From: Chiloscyllium plagiosum
Lineage: Eukaryota
Direction of reading: 5' to 3'
Assembly (NCBI RefSeq): GCF_004010195.1
Contig: NW_025214776.1
Location: 8,728-50,625 of the forward strand
DNA length: 41,898 nt
The position numbers and the translations under genes are program-made. Positions 13,120-25,322 of this stretch are shown piece after piece. The notes below the pieces were generated by a model that saw only the letters and a list, made by a program, of their open reading frames with translations, was not told the DNA's origin and made no database searches. The stretch's first letter is position 1, and the number at the start of each line of letters is the position of its first letter.

Positions 13120-13495
13120 AATCATTGCTTCTCCCATTGAATGTTATATTATACTTCCCCAATTCATTGGGGTTTACTTGACCCTCTAGCCTCTGGGCTT
13201 CCATGATGCTTGACCAGAATTTTAAAACATTCGATATTGTATTCAGACGCCGTGTAAAAATGCAACATATTGATGTCACTATTCTTCAAAAGCTGCTTCA
13301 GAGCAAGGTTATTAGTTAGTCCTCCTGACAAAGCAACACCAAATTTGAAATAACCTGCTCTCTAGTTTGGTTCACAACATACTGTTAAACCTACCTAATA
13401 CACACTTAGTATTAGTCTCTTCACAGTATTAGTAGTCACTGCAGTTTCAGTGCAATTTGAGACCATCTATTATTACTGCAGCACCACGATTATTT
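13120..13495 (+). pseudogene. Two Ig CH-like domain remnants
   Basis: IECYIILPQFIGVY; LDQNFKTFDIV; KNATY*C; then LLVSPP...EITCSLVW (13347)...SISSH...TIYYYCS (13462). Confidence 0.55.
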
Positions 13496-13499
13496 GTTA

Positions 13500-13838
13500 C
13501 TCATTCGCAGGATGAGGGCGTCGCTGGATAACCAGTATTTATTGCCCATGCTAGATGGCAGTTAAGAGTCAGCAGCGTTGTCTTGAGTCTGGAGTCACAT
13601 GCAGGCCACACCAGGTAAGGACAGCAGTATCATTCTCTCAAGGACATCAGTAAACCAGATGCGTTTTTCCCACAATCGACAATGGATTCCTGGTCATCAT
13701 ATACCCTTGATTCCAGATACATATTGAATTCAAATTCCACCATCTGCCATGGCAGGATTTGAATTCATGTCCCCAGAATATTACGTGGGTCTCTGGGTTA
13801 AGAGCCCAGCGATAATATCACTGGGTCATTGCTCCCCC
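13500..13838 (-). mobile_element. SacSINE1-like Deu-SINE
   Basis: Reverse complement shows a tRNA-like head (aattcaaatcctgccatggcagatggtggaatttgaattcaat) and the Deu core (ccttacctggtgtggcctgcatgtgactccagac). Confidence 0.8.
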
Positions 13839-13929
13839 TTTGCATATACTGCATACCTAATTTCCATAGCACATGTTGTAAAGTATTTACGTGACAGATT
13901 TAGTTTTGATATATAACACACTAATATTT

Positions 13930-14710
13930 GCTTCAGCTTGCTATTTGTAAGATCCACCCAAACTGATTCTGTGGGAAGTGAGGAAAGGGTCTGTGGCGTT
14001 ATTAGCCATAGACTTGGACAAGACTTTCCAGGAGACTCACCTGAATGCTGAGATGATCTGACGAATTGGTCAGCAATACAGGACAAGCATCAATATTCTT
14101 TCCACTCACTTTGCCAGGATAAGTGCCACCACATTCTTCTTCTCCATCGGACTCGCTGTATATCTGTTATAACACCTACCCCCGAACAAGGCTCACACTC
14201 TATCTCCAAATGAGGCTCAATCACGACCACACTCACTGCTGAATTCAGCACCTTTCTTCCCCCACTTTTCCTGTCACTGACGCAATAGCCCCGCACACTA
14301 ATACCACTGCATGGATACAACACTGTGGTCAGACTCCCTCTAGACATCTCACCCTTTCCCCCTTCCCCTATACCAGCATTAACAGCAGAGACACCCACTC
14401 CCACCCTCACTCCGTCCCTCCTCTTCTCTCATTGCAGGAGAAACAGCCTGGAATAGGACATAAAGTGCCAAGCCTGGTGTTAGAGTGCCCGATATCCGTT
14501 CTCTCACCCGCTACCTAGACATGTGGGGAGAATCCTCGAAAGAGCCAGAGAGGACCAGGACAACTTGTGTGGAGATTCTGAAACATCCATGTCCCACCAA
14601 CCAAGTAAGAAGCAATGTTCAGTAAAGAGCAATTCTCAATTTAAACTCGCTGGCATTTCCAATCTCATCTCTCTCACTCTTCAGGCTTAGTTGAAAGCAT
14701 TAATGAATGA
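13930..14710 (+). pseudogene. Three abutting Ig CH-like domain remnants
   Basis: LAICKI/PKLILWEV/DLDKTFQETHLN/RTSINI; AVYLL...TTAWI...YTSINSRD; PPSLR...QE...SLVLECPISVLSP (14471)...PPTK...SVKS...LSHSSGLVESINE. Confidence 0.62.
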
Positions 14711-14711
14711 C

Positions 14712-15509
14712 TAAAAATAATAATAATGTTTATTGTCTTCAGTAAAAATATTAAAAGGATAAAATAAACGATATAAGTTCATTACGAACAACCGAAAACA
14801 TGACGTTCATTCAAAATTATGGGCATTCCTCGTAAGTACCCGACATCATTTCTCTCACTAAATCTTCTTACCAGTGTTTGTGTTCTAGCATCTGCTTCTT
14901 TAATTTCAACGGAATATCGTGCCTGCTATCAGATGCTCATAGTAAATGTCCCTTCACCGCTGAACTTTTCGTAAACTGTCAATATATTTCCAAATAACTG
15001 GATGTTCCACATCAAGTTCGCATTGTCATCTCCTGTGGGCAGCTTCTGCATTATTGTTTGTTTTGTCCTCATTGTTTAAAGTTCTTTCATATAAATTCCA
15101 CATTCCAACTGGAAAAAGCGGTGGACGCCGACCATTTCCTCTGCGTAATCTTCTACCTCCATAGTTATCCTCGAACCAGTCCCGCAGCGGCTGCAGTTCA
15201 TCTGGAAGCGCATCAGACAAATGTTCAATAGCTTCATGAATGTTTTCAATGTGAATAAATGCAAGGCCAATAATCATTTTAGCTCTGAAAGAAAACTCGG
15301 AGTCAATGTTGTACTTACTCAAGTGTCTTTTTAACATTTTTACTAAAGGGACTAAACATTATTTTTTATTTTTATTGCTTTGATTAATGCTTTTATCGAA
15401 GCCTGAAAAGGAATAAATATGAGCTGCGCTGAAATAGTTCTGCGCCTAAATGGGTCTGCGGCAAAATGGGCTGCACCAAACAGGCCGCACCAAACAGAAT
15501 GAAGTACTC
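14712..15509 (-). mobile_element. Mutator-like (MULE/MuDR) transposon remnant: C-terminal transposase fused to one repetitive TIR
   Basis: ORF 15026-15337 LAF...DWFEDNY...PPLFPVGMWN...KTNNNAEAAH continues past a stop into HPVIWKYIDSLRKVQ...YLRG; 15420-15509 has tandem ctgc(g/a)cc(a/g)aa units ending gaagtactc. Confidence 0.85.
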
Positions 15510-15630
15510 AGTAAATTACACAGCACAGGGGGACGCCATATAACCATCCCAGGCTGTTATGCAGAAGCAGGGACGCCCTGGGAATCTGTCAGGAAATGCA
15601 GAGTAGAGATCATAACTCAATTTGGTTTTG
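15510..15630 (+). pseudogene. Start of an Ig CH-like domain resuming after the MULE insertion
   Basis: RHITIPGCYAEAGTPWESVRKCRV fits the A-B strand pattern ITIxxP..E.....SVxxxCxV. Confidence 0.35.
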
Positions 15631-15769
15631 GAAAGCTGTAACGAGTGGAATTCTTCAGGGATCTATGTGAGGTCATCAACAAATTACAAGCTATTCTAAT
15701 GCACCGGATGAAGGAAATGGAGCTCAGTTTGATCATGCACCAGAATAGTCATTCAATAAGATGTCAAAT

Positions 15770-16580
15770 GGAGACAGAGTGTTGCAATGGGATACAGACA
15801 GGGGGCGGCAGAGCGTCTGCAATGGGATACAGACAGTGGAGGGAAGACTGTCTGCAGTGGGATGCAGAAAGCGGGAGAGCAGAGCGTCTGCAATGGTACA
15901 GACGGGAATGGCAGAGCGTCTAGAATGGGATACGACTCGGGGAGGACATAGCGTCTGCAATGGGATAGGGACAGGAGGAGGTCAGAGCCTCTGCAATGAG
16001 ATACCGACAGGGGCAGGGCAGAGCGTCTGCAGTGGGATACATACGGGGGAGGGCAGAGCGTCTGCAATGAGATACAGACAGCGAAGGGCAGAGCATCTGC
16101 AATGGGGGACAGACTAGGGGAGGGATGCACCTCTGCAATGGCCTGCAGACAGGGGAAGGGAAGAGCGTCTGCAATGGGATACAGACAGGGGAGGAGTGCA
16201 CTTCTCCAATGGGATACAGGCAGGGGGGAGGGAAGAGCGTCTGCAATGGGATTCTGATGGGTGAGGGCAGAGTGTCTGCTATTGGATACAGACGGGGAGG
16301 CAGAACATCTGCAATGTGATCTACACGGGGGAGAGCAGTGCTTCTGTAATGAGATACAGACAGGGGAGGGGAGAGCATCTGCAATGTGATACAGACAGAA
16401 GGAGGGCAGAGAGTCTGCAATGGGATATAGGCAGGGGGAGGGTAGAGCATCTGCAATGGAATGCAGACAGGGGGAGGTCAGAGCGTCTGCATTGTGATAC
16501 AGACAGTGGGAGTGCAGAACGTCTGCAATGGGACACAGACTGGGGGAGGGCACAGCAACAAGCAACGGCATACAGACAGA
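15770..16580. repeat. Minisatellite, ~38-bp unit, about 20 copies
   Basis: Consensus tctgcaatgggatacagacagggggagggcagagcg repeated in tandem. Confidence 0.95.
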
Positions 16581-16609
16581 GGATGGCTGTGAGCAAAGTT
16601 TCAGCAGAA

Positions 16610-17135
16610 AAAAAAGCAGTACAATATATATGTGATGGAAATTTTCTGTTTTGTGGAAAAGACGAAACAGCAGAAATTTATTTAAATGCAAGGAGAATGC
16701 AGAATTCAGTGTTACAGAGGGATTTGTGTGTCTTAGTACATGAATCACATCATATTAACCTGAAGATGTAGCAAGTGATTTGGAAGGTATATGTCGTGAT
16801 TCCGTTTCGTGCAAGGGGTATTGGGTATGTTCTTAGCGATGTTTTCTGCATCAGTACAGGGCATTGCTGAGATTACATCTGTTGTATTATGTGTAGTTAT
16901 AACTGTCTAAACTGAAAATAAAAAAAAACATTGTTTTCGAAACGTCTCAAAGATATTTCTCTTTACTCATTCTTGGGATGAAGGCATTACTTTATGAAGA
17001 ATTAACAGTTGGGCCTGAGAATGAGGGATGTTTTATTGACCGTATAAGATCTTGAGAAGAGTGTAGTTGGTGAATACCGGATGGATATTTCTTCTTGTGT
17101 GGGAGAATAAAACTGGGGAAATACTTTAAGAATAA
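16610..17135 (+). mobile_element. Degenerate CR1 LINE 3' part
   Basis: tatttaaatgcaaggagaatgcagaattcagtgttacagagggatttg and cagtacagggcattgctgaga motifs of the CR1 RT C-terminus. Confidence 0.7.
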
Positions 17136-17239
17136 GTCAGTTTCAAAGGAAAGGTCATTGAACTGTAAATTCTCTTCCTACATGCTGACAGACAAGCTGA
17201 GCTTTTCCAGCAATTACTGTATATATTTAAGAATATTCA

Positions 17240-17700
17240 TTTTAACACAGATATTGTGAAGACATGAAACGCTTATTTTTACATTATGCAAGCACATATT
17301 GAAACATCTTCAAAACAAGTAGGACCATTTATTGTTAATGAATTGATTCTGCAATAACACACTGACCTGGAGTCGAGAATGTGATGGAGTCATATCGTTC
17401 GGATAATGTTCAAGAAGAGCTCACAGAGTCCAGTGTGGGACTGATAACGTTACTGATGTAACTTACAGATGGAAAATGTAGTCTATCTGTGGAGAAACAT
17501 TCTATTGCTCCAATTCTGTTTCCCTATCGCTCATCACATTAATGTGTGGAGCCCAGTCGTCTTTCCTGCTTATGGAGGATTCCTGATGAGGATTCATTAG
17601 AATCGCCCCATTACCTGAAGCAAAACAGTTCAGCCAAATTCAACTGTTTCATGAAGAAATCCCATTGTCAGGAAGCTGTGCAAGCAGATAAACTGCAGAA
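17240..17700 (+). pseudogene. Three partial Ig CH-like domains
   Basis: HIETSSKQ...TIYC; MFKKSS..VQCGTDNVTDVTYRW...SLSVE/GETFYCS (17491); FIRIAPLPE (17593)/NSSAKFNCF (17624). Confidence 0.6.
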
Positions 17701-17719
17701 GTAATTATCCGATTCGATA

Positions 17720-20700
17720 GAACAGACAGGAAATTCTGTGGCTGCAAATGGGAATCCGGAAAGTGTGTGTAGCCTCCCACATGGCAGGGTCCAGGATGTC
17801 TCAGAGCGGCTGCAGAACGTTCACACCGAGGGTGGAGGGGTGGGGGGGTGTAGCGCGAAGCATCCAGAAGTCATTTTGCACATTGGTACAAAGGACAGGG
17901 TGACACATGTAGAAATAGTGATGACATCATGCAGAGTGATTGTGGAGAGCTAGGGAAAAGGAGAAAAGACAGGAACATGACAGAGGTAATATTCAGTTTA
18001 TTTCTAGTGTTCATTGCTAGTGAGGGTAAGAAGAGGAGGATATGGCAGATGAAGGGATGGCAAAAGAATTGGTGCAGGGGGCAGAGATTTCTGGATTACT
18101 GGGATCTTTTGTGGGGCAAGGTGACGTGTTCAGAAAGGACGGGTTGTACCTGAGCTGGAAGGGGACCAATATGCTGGCAGGCAGGTTTGCAACTGCTGCA
18201 AGGGAGGATTTCAACTGGATTGGCTGGGGTTGGGTAGGGGTGGGATCCTCAACAGCAAGGAGGCAAGTGCGAGGCTGAAACAGTAAAATGAAGAGACAGG
18301 TCTGGCTAGACAACGACAGGGAACAAGGAATGCCTGTTGGATTAAATTGCAACTATTTCAATGCAAGATGGTTGACAGGGAAGGCCGATGAACTCAGGGC
18401 ATGGATCATGCGTGGGACTGGGATATTATAGCCATTACTTAAACATGGCTAAGGGAGGGACAGCACCGGCAGCTTAATGTACCAGGGTACAGGTGCTTTA
18501 TGCGGGACAGAGATGGTGGAAGGAGGGGAGGGGGAGTTTCATTTTTGATTAAGGCGAGTAAAACAGCAGTAATCAGAGATAAAATAACTGATGGATCATC
18601 CTGTGAGGATTTGTCTGTGGAGCTAATAAATAAGAAGGGAATGGTGATAGTATTTGGATTGTACTATAGGCCCCCAAATAGTAAACGAGGATTTAGGGGA
18701 ACAAACATATTTAGAGAGACTGGGGAGACTTGCAGGGCCAATAGGATTGCATTAGTAGGAGATTTTAACTTTCCTAACATAGACTGGGAATGACATAGAA
18801 TTAAGGACTGAGATGGGGTGTATTTATTAAGTGTGTGCAGAATAGTTTCCTCAAGCAGTTTGTAGAGGGCGCAACTCGAGAACGGACGAAACTTGACCTA
18901 TTCCACGATCTAGGGCAGGACAGGTGACTGAGGTTGCAGCGGGGGAGCACTCTGGGACCAGTGGCCATAGTTCTATTAATTTTTCAATAATTATGGAGAA
19001 GGACAAAACTGCTCCACATGTTCAAGTTCAAAGTTGGGGCAAGGCGAATTTTGGTGGAATTAGACAGGAGCTTGGAGGGTTTGGTTGTAGGAGTTTGCTT
19101 GCAGGCGAAGGGACCTCCTGCAAGTGGGAGACCTTTAAAAGTGAGATGTCTACAGTTCAAGGTCTATATGTTCCTGTGAGGGTAAAAGGCAAGGTTGATA
19201 GGAAGAGGGAACCCTGGATGTCAGGAGATATTGAGGCTTTGACCAGCAAAAAAAGGAGACGTGGCTCAGGTCCAGGCAGCTGGGATCGAGGGAATACCTG
19301 GAGGTGCACAGGGGATACAGTAGTTTTCTGAAGAAGGAAATCGGGAGGGCGAAAAGGGGGCACAAGATAGCTTTGACTGAGAAGATTCGGGTGAATGCAA
19401 AGAGGTTCTTTAAGTATATTAATGTAAAAAGAATAACTAAATGAGAGTATGACCCCTCAAGTTCCAAAGTGGACATGCATGTCTAGATGCGTAGGAGATT
19501 TGCAAGATTCTCAATGAATATTTCTCCTCTGCCTTTACTGTGGAGAAAAATATGAAGACTTGGGAGGTTAACAAAGGTAGTAGTGTTATCTTGGGGTGAG
19601 CCAATATCACAGGAGAAGACGTGTTGGATGCATTAGAATGTATGAAGGTGAATAAATATCCTGGTCCTAAATAGATGCATCCAAGAACACTGTAAGAGGC
19701 TACAGAAGAAACTACGGGGACCCTGGTTAATACTTTTGCATCATCGTTAGCTACAGTTTAGGTTCCAGAATATTGGAGATTAGCAAATGTTGTGCCATTA
19801 TTCAAGAAGGGAAGCAAAGAAAAATCTGGGATCGATAGACCAGGAAACCTAACAACTGTGGTAGGTAGGTTACTTGAGAAGACTCTGAGGGACGAGATAT
19901 ACATGCATTTAGAAAGATAAGGTTTGTTTAGAAATAGTTTTTTGACAGATTCCCTACAGTATGTGAACAGGCTATTTAGCCCAACAAGATCACACCAACC
20001 CTGCAAACAGTAACCCACCCAGTACCATTCCCTTCCCCTATATTTACCCCTGACGAATGCACATAACACGATGGGTAAATTAGCATGGCCAATTCACCTG
20101 ACCTATGCATCTTTGGATTGTGGAAGAAAAATGGAGCACCCAGAGGAAACCCACACAAACACAGTGAGAATGTGCAAACACTACACAGAGAGTCACTCGA
20201 AGCGAAAACCAAACCCGGATCCACAACACTATGGCAGCAGTACTAACCAGTGAATCACCATGCCACCCTTACCTTTTTCAACACAGTTCAATGACACAGA
20301 AACAAAATCTATTCTGCCCTTCATCCATGATGCAGGTTCCAATATCACATACCATGGATAATTTTTTTCTCCACTGAAAATGAAATCATTTTATTATTTA
20401 CTAATTCATATGTTCTTATTAATTTTAATAATTCTTATTAATAGATGTTTTTAGTCTGAAAAGATTGAATGGCTTTGTGAGTGGGAGATCATGCTTCTCA
20501 AATTTGTTTGAGTTCATTGATGAAGTGACCAGAAATGTTGATGATTTTAGGGCAGTATACGTCGTCTGTATGGTTTTCACTGAGGCCTTTGACAAGGTCA
20601 CAATTGATAGGCTGTTCTGGAATATTAGAATCGCATGGACTCCAGAGGGAGCTTCAAATTGTACACACAATTAGTTTCATGGTAGGAAGCAGAGGGTAAT

Positions 20701-21690
20701 AGTGGAAGGATGCTCGGACTCGAGGCCTGTGACACATGAAGTGCCTCAGGGGCCGCTGCTGGGCCCATTGCTGTTTGTTATCTGTATCAATGATATTCTT
20801 ACGAATGTACAAGGCATGATTAGGAAACTTGAAGATGACACTAAAATAGGTGGTATCGTGGACAGTGAGGAAGTATATCAGAAATTGCAGCAGGACCTTG
20901 ATCAAACTGGAGAAGTTGGCCAAGGAATGTTTTGGCAACGTTGGATCAAGGTAGGAGTTTCATGGTGATTGGTAGGACTTTAAGGAGTATAGTTGAGCAG
21001 AGGGACCATGGAGTTTAGGTCCACCGTTCTCTGAAATGGGGTCATTGTTAGACATAGTAGTGAAGAAGGCTTTTGCCACACAAGCATGCAACTGTCAGGA
21101 CATGGAGGAGAGCAGTTGGGAAGTTATGTTGCAGTTATACAGGATTGTGGTGAGGCTACACTTGTCGTGCTGTGTTCAGTTTTAGTCACATTGCGATCAG
21201 GAGGATGTTTTTAAGTTGGAATGTGTGCAGATGGATTTTACAAAAACATTGCCAGGACTCAACAGTATGAATTATAGGGAGAGGTTTGACAAGCGAGGAC
21301 TTTTTTCTTTAGAGAATAGGAGACTGAGAGGGATCTTATAGAAGTTTACATGGATAGGATAGATCCAGCCTTTTCTTTCCTAGAGTTGGGGAATCAAGGA
21401 GGAGAGGGCAACAATTTAAGGTGAGAGGGGAATAAATAAAAGGGAAACTGATGGAAACTGTTTTACGCAGAGAGTGGTACACAAAGGGAATGAGCTGCCA
21501 ACCGAAGTGGTTGAAGCACTTATATTAACGATATTTAAACGGCATTTGGGCAGATACAAGGACAGGAAAGGACGAGAATGCTATGGGCCAAGTGCTGGGA
21601 AATGTGGTTCGTGTGGTTGGATATTTGTGTCCGCATAGACGAGTTTGGGCCAAAGGGCCTCTCTGCCTCTCTCCATGCTGTCGGACTTGA
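17720..21690 (+). mobile_element. Near full-length degenerate CR1 LINE (ORF1 SGNH-esterase remnant + APE-RT ORF2)
   Basis: PEVILHIGTKD and KDGLYLSWKGTNMLAGRF (esterase); GGGVSFLI, YYRPPNS, VGDFNFPNIDW (APE); VPQGPLLGPLLFVICIND, LEDDTK (RT); 3' tail near 21690. Confidence 0.93.
19948..20268 (-). mobile_element. HE1-type V-SINE inserted in CR1
   Basis: Reverse complement of the element at 37158: tRNA-like A/B boxes, V domain ggtgaattggccatgctaa, CR1-derived tail. Confidence 0.88.
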
Positions 21691-21844
21691 TGACTGTACA
21701 AATAGAACGGCATTTGGGTCAAACTCTCATTTTTACTTTGGTCATGAGTTCGAACCATATTTGGACGATGATCTTTCAAGTTAACTTTGCAGATATTTTG
21801 CTTTTCAGTTTGTTATTGGCAGTACGTAGGTGGTTGTGCGTGCT

Positions 21845-21846
<2 letters not shown>

Positions 21847-21883
<37 letters not shown>
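21847..21883. repeat. (GT)n microsatellite
   Basis: Direct observation. Confidence 0.98.
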
Positions 21884-21885
<2 letters not shown>

Positions 21886-21889
21886 CTCA

Positions 21890-22160
21890 GCAAAATATCA
21901 ATGTACATATTTGCAATATCCTCTCCTCATTCCTCTTTCCATAATAGTTTGAGAACCGTTGTTTTGGTCATAAACGTGTTGTTTTAGCAGATTAAAGAAA
22001 TCTGCCTGACTTGTTCCTAACACTGACCCTGACACACTCTGAGAACTATATCATTGGCAATATCAACAACATAGTTATCATTATTTTTTGTGGCCAGTGG
22101 AGGAGTGGGGCTAGAAACTACCCCGGGAGTAATCGACTCAATCAGCCAACGTTAGTGCCG
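21890..22160 (+). pseudogene. Ig CH-like domain remnant
   Basis: NINVHI...QWRSGARNY (22095), compare EWKSGAKYTC. Confidence 0.35.
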
Positions 22161-22169
22161 AGGCATTCG

Positions 22170-23690
22170 TTGGAGAGGATTCTGGGGGATAGGATTTACA
22201 TCTATTTCGAAAGACAAGGACTGATTAGGGAGAGTCAATATGGATTTCTGTGATGCAAATCATGTCTAATTAATGTGATTGAGTATTGAGGTGCCAAAGA
22301 TGATTGAAGAAGACACTGTGGTATATATTATTTACACAGACTTCAGCAAGGCATTTAATAAAGTACCCCATCGTAGTCAGATTACTAAGGTTAGGTTATA
22401 TGTAATCGAGGAAAACGTAACCAATTGGATACAAAATTGGATTGAAGGTAATGGATTGTTTTCCAGACTGAAGACCTGTGGCCAGCGGTGTGCTGAAAGA
22501 ATCAGTGCTGAGCTCACTGCTTTTCATCACGGATGTAAACAACTTTGATGTGATTATCGGAGGCATGGTTAGTAAGTTTACAGTTAACATCACTAAAGTG
22601 GTGCAGTGGACAGTAAAGAAGATTATCTCAGAATATAACGGGATCCTTGACCATCAATGAGTCAAGGACGAGCAGATGGAGTTTAATTTAGATATTTGTG
22701 AGGTTTCGCATTTTGGTAAGTTAAAGCAGGGTAGTACCCTGGGGAATGTTGCTGAACAAAGAGACCTACGGGTGAAAATTCATAGTTCTTTGAAAGTGGA
22801 GTTTATGTCGGGAGAGTGGTGAGGAATGTAGTTGGCATGCTTGCCTTAATCGGTCCGAACATTGAGTATAGGAGTAGGGGGAGCGTGTTGCGATTGTACA
22901 GGACGTAGGTGGGGCCACTTTAAGAATACTGCGTACATGCCAGTTGACTCTGCTAAAGGGTGGATGTTGTTAAGCTTGAAAGGGTGCAGAAAAGATTTAC
23001 AAGGATTTTCTGGAACCTGAGGGTTTGAGCTACAGGGCGATGATGAACAGGTTGAGGCTTTTTCCCCGGACTGTCAGAGGCTGAATGTTGATATGACAGA
23101 GGTTTAAAAAAGTCCTGAGGGGCATAGATAGCCTGAATGGGCAAGTGTAGGAGCGTCCAAAACTAGACTGCATAGTGCGAAAGTGACACGGCAAAGACTT
23201 AGAAGGGACCTGAGAGGAAACTTTTTCATTCAGTGGATGGTGGGTGTACTGTCAGAGGAAGTGGTGAAAGCGGGTACAATTACACGTTTAAAATGTATCT
23301 GGATAGGTACATAAATAGGAATGGTTCAGAGGGATTCTGACAAGTGGGACGCGATCTGATTAAGATGCCAGATTGGCGTGGACAATTTGGACAAAAGGAT
23401 CTGTTTCCAAACTGTATGACTCTCTTATTCTCTCAACGGGATAAGGGAAAATTCTAAAAGGGCCATTCGAATGGGAATTCTCTTCCCCAGAAGTCTGTGG
23501 TGCCTCTCTGATTACAAGTATTCACAGCTGAGTTAGTTAAAGATTTGACAGAGAAGTGAGTCACGGATAATGGGACACAGACAGGAAAATGAGGCTCAGG
23601 CCACAATCTGATCAGCCACAATCTTAGTGCCTGGTGGAGAAGGCTCAAATTCTCTAATGACCCACTCCTGCTCCTCAGTCCCATTTTTCT
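22170..23690 (+). mobile_element. CR1 LINE RT-3' fragment plus a second CR1 3' tail
   Basis: LERILGDRIYIYFERQGLIRESQYGF, TDFSKAFNKVPH; 3' tail at ~23420; second tail 23465-23690. Confidence 0.88.
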
Positions 23691-23694
23691 GCAT

Positions 23695-24075
23695 TCCATT
23701 CAACCTCTCTAGCCTGCTAGACAGGAGAAGTTGAAGTCCACTGACTGTTATAGCATGGTGCATAGAAACAGAGGAGACCATTTCGTCCCTCAAGACTGTC
23801 CCACACGGATTGGGAGCTTTGGAAAATGAAATTGGAAGACACAGGCTAGATATAAAAGAGGTCGCTCATCTCTCTTTACAGAGCTTCCCCACCCTGTAAC
23901 TTGTGCTTCATTTGTTGATCATGTTGTAGACCCAGAATCACTGTGAATACAGCACCCAAGGCTCACCCAGTGATGCCTCACAAAATCCGTTGGTCTCCCT
24001 GATTGCAACATTCCATAAAAGACCTTCCACGAAAATAGCACCCACTAACTTCCCAATAACAGAATGGGAGAACAT
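23695..24075 (+). pseudogene. Two or more Ig CH-like domain remnants
   Basis: SIQPL*PARQE...VIAW...TISSLKT/TDWE; NWKTQARY; LISLYRASP...FIC...DPESL*IQ...KTF...PITEWEN. Confidence 0.55.
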
Positions 24076-24221
24076 CAGAAACAGGGGCAGGTCATTCCCA
24101 TCCCAAGCCTGCCTTATCCTTCACTAAGATCGAGGCTGACCTGCTCCAAGTCTCAAATCTTCCTCAATGTCCAAGTCTTCTTGAGCACTTCCATAGAACA
24201 CAGAACAAAGAACAGGACTGA

Positions 24222-24690
24222 TTTGGAGATGCCGGTGTTGGAATGGAGTGTACAAAGTTAGAAATCACATAGCACCAGGTTATAGTCCAACAGGTTTAAT
24301 TGGAAGCACACTAGCTTTCGGAGCGTCACTCCTTCATCAGGTGATAGTGGAGGGCTTAATCCTCACACAGAATTTATTGCAGAAATTTGCAGTGAGATGT
24401 AACTGAAATTATACATTGGAAAAATGATTATTAAGCCTTTCATCTGTTAGGATACCATGACAGTTTCACTTCTTTCATATGTAAATCACAAAACCTTTTT
24501 TTAAAAGGTGCATTCTCAGGTTAGCTGTAAATAATGGTTGTTGCTAGAAAATATGGTGAAGTTGTTGCCCCCTGTGTTCTCTGTCTATGCCATAATGCTT
24601 AGAATGATTCCAATCTAAAAAGTGAGATAACGCAGTTTTACATGAAGTCATGCAGTTTTTGAGCTCAGAGTTCTACATGAAGGCATGCAG
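24222..24690 (-). mobile_element. Penelope-derived repeat end carrying a hammerhead motif
   Basis: tttggagatgccggtgttgga...gaagcacactagctttcggagcgtcactccttcatcagg; opposite-strand copies at 6400-6525 and 8880-9006. Confidence 0.75.
24305..24346 (-). ncRNA. Minimal type I hammerhead ribozyme (Penelope-type)
   Basis: Minus strand cac-CTGATGA-a-GGAG(tgacg)CTCC-GAAA-gcTA-gtg: intact core, 4-bp stem II, palindromic AGCT stem III, short stem I. Confidence 0.7.
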
Positions 24691-25322
24691 TTAGGACCTT
24701 CAGCCCTCGACATTGTGCCGTTTATCCTACTCCAAGATCAGACTAACCTACATGCTTCCGTTCACTTTGTTCAATGTGCCTATCCAAGACTCTCTTAAGT
24801 TTCCCTCACGTATTTGACTCTACTACCACCACTGGCAGTGCATTCGACACACCCAGCACTCTCTGTGTAAAGAATCTACCGCTGATATCTCCCCTAAACC
24901 TTCCTCCAATTACCTTAAAATTATGCCACCTAGTCATAGACATTTCTGACCTGGGAAAATGCTTCTGTCTATTCACATGTCTCTATGCCTGTCATCATCT
25001 TGTATACCTCCATTGAGAAAAGCCCTCGCTCCCTCATGGTTTCTTCATAAGACATGTCTTCCAGTCCAGACAGCATCTTGTTAAATCTCCTCCTGGTAAA
25101 TCGCACTTAATGAGAATTAGTTATGACCTCTACACTTTTTGGAATCATTCACGGCGCAAGGAAAGATGATTATCATTGGTGGGCATCAATCATCTCAGCC
25201 ATGGGACACATCTGCAGGAGATCCTCAGCGTAGCTTCCTCAGCCCAGGCATCTCCAGTTTGTCATCATAGAATCCCTGCAGTGTGGAAGGAGGCGATTCA
25301 GCCCTTTGAGTCCAAAATGAAC

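Noticed and set aside
14438..14604. Apparent exon bounded by ttgcag and gtaaga; similar acceptor at 30877
   Set aside because: CH motifs continue across both boundaries, and the 30877 site arises from a CT-rich tract beside a tandem repeat.
15753..16771. Long ORFs (331 aa, 178 aa, 151 aa)
   Set aside because: Translations of the minisatellite
23907..23988. RSS-like CACTGTG (23939) and ACAAAATCC (23980) suggesting a D segment
   Set aside because: The upstream nonamer matches only 5/9, no heptamer sits at a 12/23 spacing from the downstream nonamer, and the region is better explained as CH coding sequence.
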